Shown here: positions 46,466-52,666 of the stretch, piece after piece
Layout: each line of letters starts with the position of its first letter
Numbering within the stretch: the first letter of the stretch is position 1
Made by a program: the position numbers and the translations under genes
Notes under the pieces: model-generated
What the model was told of the DNA's origin: nothing
Database searches by the model: none
Seen by the model: only the letters and a program-made list of their open reading frames with translations
Virus record (IMG/VR): IMGVR_UViG_3300036781_000342
Span: 1 to 52,666 of that record
Strand: one strand, 5' to 3'
Length of the DNA stretch: 52,666 nt
DNA from: a virus
Lineage: Duplodnaviria > Caudoviricetes

Positions 46466-47143
46466 ATGGCATACATCCAGAACAAGGGCGTCATCGCACC
46501 TACGATCATCCTGTCGGCCGACTGGACCAACAGCGGGACCATCACAGTCTCGTACCCGTCGGGCTACTCGCAGAAGTCGTTCTACCGCGGCTCGGCCAAG
46601 GCGAACGGCTCCTACGTCATCAAGAACGGCAAGGACAAGGTTGCCGAGGATACGACCGCCGCGAGCGGCATCGCACTCTCGTTCGGCTCGTCCAACATCA
46701 CCGTGACCAACAACACCGGGGCGACGATCGCGGCCGGCACTTCGCTGGATTTCTGGCTCGACCAGAACGACGGCAACAAGGTGCTGACCCTGCAGTTCCC
46801 GGTCGACCTGGTGGACGTTTCGGCGGCCGACGTCGTGACCGACTTCTATCCGGGCGTCGACGGCACCATCGAAGACGTGCAGTGGGTGCAGCGCACTCCG
46901 GTCACGACGGCTGCCAAGGCGGCCACCGTCACGCCGAAAATCAACACCACGGCGCTCACGGGCGGCGTGCTGTCGTTGACGTCGGCGGCTTGCACGCCGC
47001 TGGGCGTCATCGTCGCCGGTACGCAGGTGACGGGTGCGAACCGCATCACGCGCAACGACACGATCCGGCTGACGGCCTCGTCCGTCACCACGTTCGCCGA
47101 GGGCAAGGGTTCGATCTTCGTCCGAATCCGGCTCGACGACTAA
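46466..47143 (+). CDS. Capsid decoration-like virion protein
   Basis: Thr/Val-rich beta protein right after the capsid gene. Confidence 0.65.
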   Translation: MAYIQNKGVIAPTIILSADWTNSGTITVSYPSGYSQKSFYRGSAKANGSYVIKNGKDKVAEDTTAASGIALSFGSSNITVTNNTGATIAAGTSLDFWLDQNDGNKVLTLQFPVDLVDVSAADVVTDFYPGVDGTIEDVQWVQRTPVTTAAKAATVTPKINTTALTGGVLSLTSAACTPLGVIVAGTQVTGANRITRNDTIRLTASSVTTFAEGKGSIFVRIRLDD

Positions 47144-47153
47144 CTGCCCACGA

Positions 47154-47178
47154 CCGACGGGGCTTCGGCCCCGTCGGC
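47154..47178 (+). terminator. Hairpin after the capsid genes
   Basis: CCGACGGGGC-TTCG-GCCCCGTCGG. Confidence 0.6.
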
Positions 47179-47201
47179 ACTCTTCCATTCAGGAGACGCC
47201 T

Positions 47202-47747
47202 TTGTCCGACACCTTCGAAATTTGCAACTGCATGGTCAAGCTGGGCGGCGACGCCCTCAACACTGTCGCTGTCTACAACGTGACGCCGGCCGAGATCGCC
47301 GTGCTGCAGATGATCCACACCCCCGAGGCCGTTCACGACATCCGGCCCCTCGGCACCACACAGCGCACGCATCGCATCGAGCGCGAGCGCCTGCTGGTCA
47401 AGTATCCGAGCGCCAAGGACAAGGACGGCGCTTCGCATGTCGAGCGACTGTTCCCCGGCGCCGCCGCGCGCGTCTTCTCCAATCTCGACGACCTGTCGCT
47501 GTCCGACACCCAATTCTGGCGCGAGCCGGTGCGGCGCGGCAACGACACCAGCCGCAAGAGCGCCCAGGCGCTGCAGGAAGACGCCGCCGCGCTCGCCGCG
47601 CCGGGCGCGCAGGTCGTGCTCGACGACGACGCGGGATCGTCCGAGGCGGTGCGCAACGGCCCCGAAGCGGAGATCGACGCCGAAGACGTGGCCGGCGGTC
47701 TCCGTGATCTACCGGCCGACCCGCCGGCGCCGAGCACCTTCGAATGA
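47202..47747 (+). CDS. Phage hypothetical protein
   Basis: AGGAG RBS, TTG start; VTPAEIAVLQMIH. Confidence 0.75.
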   Translation: MSDTFEICNCMVKLGGDALNTVAVYNVTPAEIAVLQMIHTPEAVHDIRPLGTTQRTHRIERERLLVKYPSAKDKDGASHVERLFPGAAARVFSNLDDLSLSDTQFWREPVRRGNDTSRKSAQALQEDAAALAAPGAQVVLDDDAGSSEAVRNGPEAEIDAEDVAGGLRDLPADPPAPSTFE

Positions 47748-47914
47748 CGCCGACCGAACGCCGGGAAGAGTTGGACAAGCCGGCCGTCCCGCGGCCCGCA
47801 TCCGAAATTGCGGCTCTCGAAGACCGAGTTGCCAGCTTGAACGTGGCTATCGCAACCGCAGCCAAGGAACTAGACGCGGTTGTGGCGGCGCTCGCCGCAG
47901 CTCTCAAGGAGTAA
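47744..47914 (+). CDS. Small coiled-coil protein (56 aa)
   Basis: ATGA overlap; fills the gap. Confidence 0.5.
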   Translation: MTPTERREELDKPAVPRPASEIAALEDRVASLNVAIATAAKELDAVVAALAAALKE

Positions 47915-47920
47915 GCCGAC

Positions 47921-48670
47921 ATGGCGCGCGGGGCCACCCTAGAGTCGCTGCTGACCAGCCTGCGCGTCGAGCTCGGCCTGTCGACCAACGTCGCCCACAA
48001 CATCCAAGCCCGCGACGCGCAGATCGCCTTGATCCAGCGCACGCAGGAGACGTTGTGGGACGACTTCACCTGGCCGCACCTGCGCGTGTACCGCTACATC
48101 GCGCTCGAGGCCGGGACGCGCTACTACGACCCCGCCGCGTGCTTGAAGTACGACAACACGGGCGCGCTGGCGGCCGCGGGCGACATGCAAATCGACCGCG
48201 TGTCGAGCATGTGGGTCCGTGACGGCTCCATCTGGCGGCCGATGTACGTCGGCGTCACCGAGGATGACTTCAACGCCTGGAACAGCGACACGGCCCAGCA
48301 GAGCTGGCCACCGCGACGCTGGCAGGTGGCGGAGGGCAACCAGATCGAGATTTGGCCCATCCCCGGCCTGTCGTCGGACACCGACATCGGCGAAAACCTC
48401 ATCCGCATTCACGGCGAGCGCAATCTTGCGCCGTTGGTCGAGGCGACCGACCGCGCCGACCTCGACGATCGCCTAATCACGCTCACGATCGCCGCCGAGA
48501 TGTTGGCCGGCGAGAAGGGCGAGAAGAAAGCCGTGCTCGCCAAGCGTCGGATGCTCCAGGTCCGCGGCAACAACGTCAAGAAACGCCGCTTCAAGATGTT
48601 TGGCCACGCCGGGCGCCATGAGCGCCTGCTGCGCGGGCCGCCGACCGTCTACTACCGGACGACTCCGTGA
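47921..48670 (+). CDS. Head-tail adaptor (tail tubular protein A-like)
   Basis: LWDDFTWPHL, QIEIWPIP; position. Confidence 0.75.
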   Translation: MARGATLESLLTSLRVELGLSTNVAHNIQARDAQIALIQRTQETLWDDFTWPHLRVYRYIALEAGTRYYDPAACLKYDNTGALAAAGDMQIDRVSSMWVRDGSIWRPMYVGVTEDDFNAWNSDTAQQSWPPRRWQVAEGNQIEIWPIPGLSSDTDIGENLIRIHGERNLAPLVEATDRADLDDRLITLTIAAEMLAGEKGEKKAVLAKRRMLQVRGNNVKKRRFKMFGHAGRHERLLRGPPTVYYRTTP

Positions 48671-50766
48671 GCACGATCTGGGCGAAGGAGTTCACGGGCG
48701 GCCTGGACTCGCGCCGCCTGCCCGAGACGGCCGCCGGCGGCACGCTCATCGTCGCACAGGACGGCCACATCAACCGCGGTGGCGAGGTCGAGAAGCGCGC
48801 CGCTTTCGTGCCGACCTACACCCTGCCCGCCGGTGAGACCAAGAACCTCGCGGCGGTGCCGGGCGGCCTCATCACGTTCGGTGACGGCACTCCGCCGACG
48901 ATGCCAACCGGGGTCGCCTATCAGCGCCTGCAGCACTCCGACGGCCTGACGGCGCTCGCCCGCGTCCTATCTTGGGACCGCTATGCCAGCAAGATTTACG
49001 CCGCGGCCGAGTTCGCTGACGGCGGTCGGTTCCACTTCTACGACGCTGTCCGCGTGCTCGCCTGGTACGACGGCCGCGCTCGCATTTCGTTCACCATTTC
49101 GAGCGGTTCGTCCGGCGCGTCTCTCGACACGCTCCTGGTGAACGGCGTAAGCATCATCTCCAGCGCTGTGGATTGGGCGGCCGACGACGTCTCTTTCGCA
49201 GCCGACATTGCCGCGGCTGTAAATTCCGACACCACGACGCCGGACTACACGGCAACATCCAGCGGAACGACCGTCAACATCGTCGCCGCCGATGCCGGCA
49301 CCGCCAGCAACGACCTCGGCGTCACCTACACGAAGACGGGCACTCTGACCATCAGCCCTGCGTCCGGCGCGTTCGCGCTCTCTGGGGGCGTCGACGTGAC
49401 AAACGCGGCAGCGGCCAGTGGGTCGGTCGAGGTCACGGGCGGCGTCGGCACCGACACGCTGACGATGCTCGAGCTGAACGGCGTCGACATACTCGGGGCC
49501 ACCGTCACCTGGACGAGCAGCAACGCCAACACGGCGACGCTCATCGCCGATCAGATCAACAACTGGACCTCGACGCCGGACTACAGCGCCTCGGTCAGCG
49601 GCACCGTCGTCACCATCACGGCCGTCGATAACGGGGCGTCTCTCAACGGGCAGACGTTCGTGCCGACCATGACGGGCACCTTCGGGCTCGGCAACATCCA
49701 GGCGCTGGCCGGGGGCGTCGACGCCAAGGCGGTCTACGTGCCGGGCACCTTCGTCAAGGTGAAGGGCTCGCGGATGCACAGCGTGAGCGGCCCCAATGCC
49801 CATTATTCCGGCATTCAGCAGCCGACGTTGTGGACGGGCGACGCCATCGGCGCCGGCCTGACCGATCTGTCCACCCAGGCCGAGAACTCCGAGAACCTGA
49901 AGGCGATCGGTGTGTACCAGGGCTACATGGTCTACTTCGCCGACCTGACCACGCAGATTTGGACGATCGACAGCGACCCGACGCTCAACAAGCAGCAACA
50001 GATCCTGTCGAACACCGGCACCACCTGCCCGCGCTCGGTGACCAAGTATGGCGACAACGATCTGATGTACCTCGACGAGTCCGGCGTGCGCAGCATCCGC
50101 GCCCGCGATGCCTCGAACGCCGCCATCACGACCGACATCGGGACGCCCATCGACACGCTGATCACGGCCAAGCTGCGCGCGCTGTCGTCCGACGACCGGC
50201 TCGTGAAGGTGATCGGCCTCATCAACCCCTTGGACGGCCGTTTCTGGCTGTGCTTCCCCGACGAAATATTCGTCTTCACGCGCTACGACGGCAGCCGGGT
50301 ATCGGCGTGGTCGACCTATCGGCCGACCTACTACGACGCGGACGGCGCACTGCAGACCTTCGCGATCGACGACGCCGTCGTCTTCCAGCGGCGCGTGTAC
50401 CTGCGCGGTGGCGACACGGTCTATTGCTACGGCAGCCTGAGCACTGGCCTGCAGACGGACGTGACGGCCTGCATCGCCCGCGTGCCCTACCTCGACCACG
50501 GCGACCCGGTGGCCGACAAGGAGTACGAAGGCGTCGACGTGGCTTGCCGCGGCACCTGGAAGGTCGAAGCCTTCATGGATCCGTCGGAGAACGGCTTCGC
50601 CACCAGCGACGTCATCGGAACTGTCGTCGATACGAGCTTCACCGGGCCGACCATTCCGCTCCGAGGCAAGTCGACCCACATCAGCCTGCAGTTCACGTCT
50701 CAGGGCGCCGGCGATGCGCGCCTCGCGGCCTTCGCCATCCGTCTCGTGACCGACAAGGATGATTGA
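48667..50766 (+). CDS. Tail nozzle (tail tubular protein B / P22 gp10-like)
   Basis: EFTGGLD..GEVEKR; beta-propeller pattern; DIGTPID; AWS. Confidence 0.8.
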   Translation: MSTIWAKEFTGGLDSRRLPETAAGGTLIVAQDGHINRGGEVEKRAAFVPTYTLPAGETKNLAAVPGGLITFGDGTPPTMPTGVAYQRLQHSDGLTALARVLSWDRYASKIYAAAEFADGGRFHFYDAVRVLAWYDGRARISFTISSGSSGASLDTLLVNGVSIISSAVDWAADDVSFAADIAAAVNSDTTTPDYTATSSGTTVNIVAADAGTASNDLGVTYTKTGTLTISPASGAFALSGGVDVTNAAAASGSVEVTGGVGTDTLTMLELNGVDILGATVTWTSSNANTATLIADQINNWTSTPDYSASVSGTVVTITAVDNGASLNGQTFVPTMTGTFGLGNIQALAGGVDAKAVYVPGTFVKVKGSRMHSVSGPNAHYSGIQQPTLWTGDAIGAGLTDLSTQAENSENLKAIGVYQGYMVYFADLTTQIWTIDSDPTLNKQQQILSNTGTTCPRSVTKYGDNDLMYLDESGVRSIRARDASNAAITTDIGTPIDTLITAKLRALSSDDRLVKVIGLINPLDGRFWLCFPDEIFVFTRYDGSRVSAWSTYRPTYYDADGALQTFAIDDAVVFQRRVYLRGGDTVYCYGSLSTGLQTDVTACIARVPYLDHGDPVADKEYEGVDVACRGTWKVEAFMDPSENGFATSDVIGTVVDTSFTGPTIPLRGKSTHISLQFTSQGAGDARLAAFAIRLVTDKDD

Positions 50767-51223
50767 CGTCCGGCTGGCGCGGGAGATCGACCGCGGCGCG
50801 CTGTGCGCCATGGGCGAGGCGATGCAGGCCGAGCTTCGGCCCGATCTGCCTTACTGCGACGAACGCTGGAACAGCGTCATCGACCGTTGCCTAACGAAGG
50901 AGTGGCCAACGCTCCTGATCGTCACGCACGACGGCGATCCTGCCGGCTTCCTGCTGGCTAACCGCGCCGAATGGGAAGGCACGACTGGATTTTTCATCTT
51001 CCAGCGGCTACTATATGTCCGTCCCGACAAGCGCGGAACTCGGGCGGCCGCCACGCTTCTGACCCGTTTCGTCAAGTGGGCAGAGAGTTTCAATCCCGTC
51101 GAGATTTGCTGCGGTATCGCTGAAGGGCAACGCTCTCGCGTCGCCGCGCGGTTCCTCAAATCTCTCGGCTTCATACCAGCAGGGCAGCAGATCATGCGCC
51201 GGCCGGTGGGCAGCAAGACATGA
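50759..51223 (+). CDS. GNAT-family acetyltransferase
   Basis: LYVRPDKRGTRAA..FLKSLGF; usual position after the nozzle. Confidence 0.8.
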   Translation: MIDVRLAREIDRGALCAMGEAMQAELRPDLPYCDERWNSVIDRCLTKEWPTLLIVTHDGDPAGFLLANRAEWEGTTGFFIFQRLLYVRPDKRGTRAAATLLTRFVKWAESFNPVEICCGIAEGQRSRVAARFLKSLGFIPAGQQIMRRPVGSKT

Positions 51224-51834
51224 ACTTTGGTGGTGGCGGCGGAGACGACGGCCAGGCGCGAGCTCAAGAAGCGCGGCGCGAAAACGCGATCGCCGACTCG
51301 CAAGGCAACATCCAGAACGTTTTCAACGCCAACTTCACGCCCGACTTCTACAACAATCGCCGGCAGGCGTATCTGGATTTCGCCAAGCCGCAGCTCAACG
51401 ACCAATACGCCGACGCCCGCAAGCAACTGATCTACTCGCTCGACCGCAGCGGCAACCTCGCCAGCACGGCGCGCACGACGCAGGAAGCCAACCTCGCCAA
51501 GCTGTACGGCACGAACAACCGGACGATCAGCGATCAGGCGCTGGGCTACGAGAACGACGCCCGCAACAACGTGGCCGCCGCCGAGTCGAACCTGTTCAAC
51601 GGCGTCGCGCAGTCGGGCAACATCGGCGCCTCGGTCAATGCCGCCAACAGTCAGGCCAACGCCCTGTCTCAACCGGATGCCTACAGTCCGATCGGCAACC
51701 TGTTCGGCGACTTCACGGGTGCGCTGCAGACGCAGGCTGGGCTCGAGCAGTTGGCTGCCGCGTCGGGCGGTGCCTTCAAGCCCGCATTCAACACGGGCCT
51801 CTTCGGCGGCTCCAACGCAGTGGTCAACAAGTAA
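51220..51834 (+). CDS. Internal virion (ejection) protein
   Basis: Gly-rich start, Asn/Gln/Ala-rich helices; position. Confidence 0.65.
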   Translation: MNFGGGGGDDGQARAQEARRENAIADSQGNIQNVFNANFTPDFYNNRRQAYLDFAKPQLNDQYADARKQLIYSLDRSGNLASTARTTQEANLAKLYGTNNRTISDQALGYENDARNNVAAAESNLFNGVAQSGNIGASVNAANSQANALSQPDAYSPIGNLFGDFTGALQTQAGLEQLAAASGGAFKPAFNTGLFGGSNAVVNK

Positions 51835-52517
51835 TGCTCCCGCTCATCCTTGCCGGTGCCGGCCTAGCCGGCGAACTTGGCGGCGCCGGTCTCGGTGCCC
51901 TCGCAAACGGCCAGGTCGCCGCGGCGCGCAAGGCCGCGCAGGACGCCGAGCTTCAGCGTCAACAGCGTTGGGACCAGCAAATCCAGACGCTGCAGAACCA
52001 GAACCTGCAGGGCTACAACAACATCCAGCCGCAGATGGACACACGGGCGGCGAACGTGGCCGACTTCTACAAGGCCACCGGCGGCGACTTGCCGTCGAGC
52101 GGCCCGACTGCCGGCACGATGCCGCCCATCACCAACGCGGCGGTAGCCAACGAAGGCAAGGTCGCGCAAGGCAAGGTGGCCGCCTACAACACGCAACAGG
52201 GGCAGGCGTTGGGCAATCTGCGCAGCTTCGGCGATATCATGGGCGGCAACGCCCGCACGACGGCCGTCAACAACAGTATCATCAATGGCATCAACTCCAT
52301 GAAGACGGGCTCGGCCAGCGTCCTCAAGCACGAACTGGAGGGCGCCAACAGTGCCGGTGGCGGCCTGCGGACTTTCGCCGATATCCTCGGCGGTCTAGGC
52401 AAAGTCGGGGTATCGGCTGGCCTCAGCGGCGGATTTGGCAATCTGTTCGGCGGCGCGACGGGCGGCGTGCAAAGCATGATTCCCGGCCTAGACGGCCCCG
52501 CCGGCGGTCTGACATAG
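51834..52517 (+). CDS. Internal virion (ejection) protein
   Basis: Gly/Ala hydrophobic N-terminus and Gln-rich helix. Confidence 0.65.
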   Translation: MLPLILAGAGLAGELGGAGLGALANGQVAAARKAAQDAELQRQQRWDQQIQTLQNQNLQGYNNIQPQMDTRAANVADFYKATGGDLPSSGPTAGTMPPITNAAVANEGKVAQGKVAAYNTQQGQALGNLRSFGDIMGGNARTTAVNNSIINGINSMKTGSASVLKHELEGANSAGGGLRTFADILGGLGKVGVSAGLSGGFGNLFGGATGGVQSMIPGLDGPAGGLT

Positions 52518-52524
52518 GTGATAA

Positions 52525-52666
52525 ATGCCCGATCCTAACGCTGGTATAGCCAAAGGCTTCGACGACCTCGCCAAGGCGTTCGTGCCTAACCCGCAGACGA
52601 TGCTGTACGGGGCCAAAGCCGGTGAAGCGCAGGCCAAGACGCGGGCGCTCACCAGCGCCATCACCG
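52525..52666 (+). CDS. Probable ejection protein, partial
   Basis: AGGTG RBS; ORF open to the window end. Confidence 0.55.
   Translation, partial: MPDPNAGIAKGFDDLAKAFVPNPQTMLYGAKAGEAQAKTRALTSAIT

Larger units (their letters stand above)
9405..52666. mobile_element. Temperate podovirus-like prophage, left part; the right end is outside the window
   Basis: Integrase next to an interrupted host gene; repressor, replication, terminase, portal, capsid, tail tube and lysis genes; no tape measure or sheath seen. Confidence 0.95.

Noticed and set aside
45382-47143. Programmed frameshift joining capsid and decoration genes
   Set aside because: No slippery sequence near the capsid stop; the second gene has its own ATG
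48967-50811. Long antisense ORFs (also 895-2295, 6083-7645, 13381-14817)
   Set aside because: Shadows of high-GC coding genes, with no motifs or RBS

Overview
GC-rich window, probably alphaproteobacterial (inferred from gene content and REP-like palindromes). Bases 1-~9410 are host chromosome: MFS transporter, MmgE/PrpD protein, a toxin/immunity-like lytic transglycosylase locus, a Tat-exported dipeptidase, an alpha/beta hydrolase and a Zn-dependent alcohol dehydrogenase that is cut short where phage DNA begins. From ~9410 to the window end is the left ~43 kb of a temperate, podovirus-like prophage: integrase/excisionase/repressor, a replication region (SNF2 helicase, Cas4-like nuclease, SSB, family A polymerase, primase-helicase), a leftward block of small genes behind repeated promoters, TerS, tail spike/fibre, lysis cassette, TerL, portal, scaffold, capsid, tail tube and ejection proteins. 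The most unusual signals are a shared C-terminal [G/D]-[V/I/L]-F-x tail on about 11 unrelated phage proteins, two adjacent micro-proteins resembling the FtsZ C-terminal peptide and the phage's own capsid N-terminus, Tad1 plus an Acb2-like sponge, a PolA with altered nucleotide-selecting residues, a prophage-wide GTCTGA/TCAGAC operator motif, and an inverted-repeat-bracketed 10-bp iteron array. All family calls come from motif recognition by eye; no searches were run.
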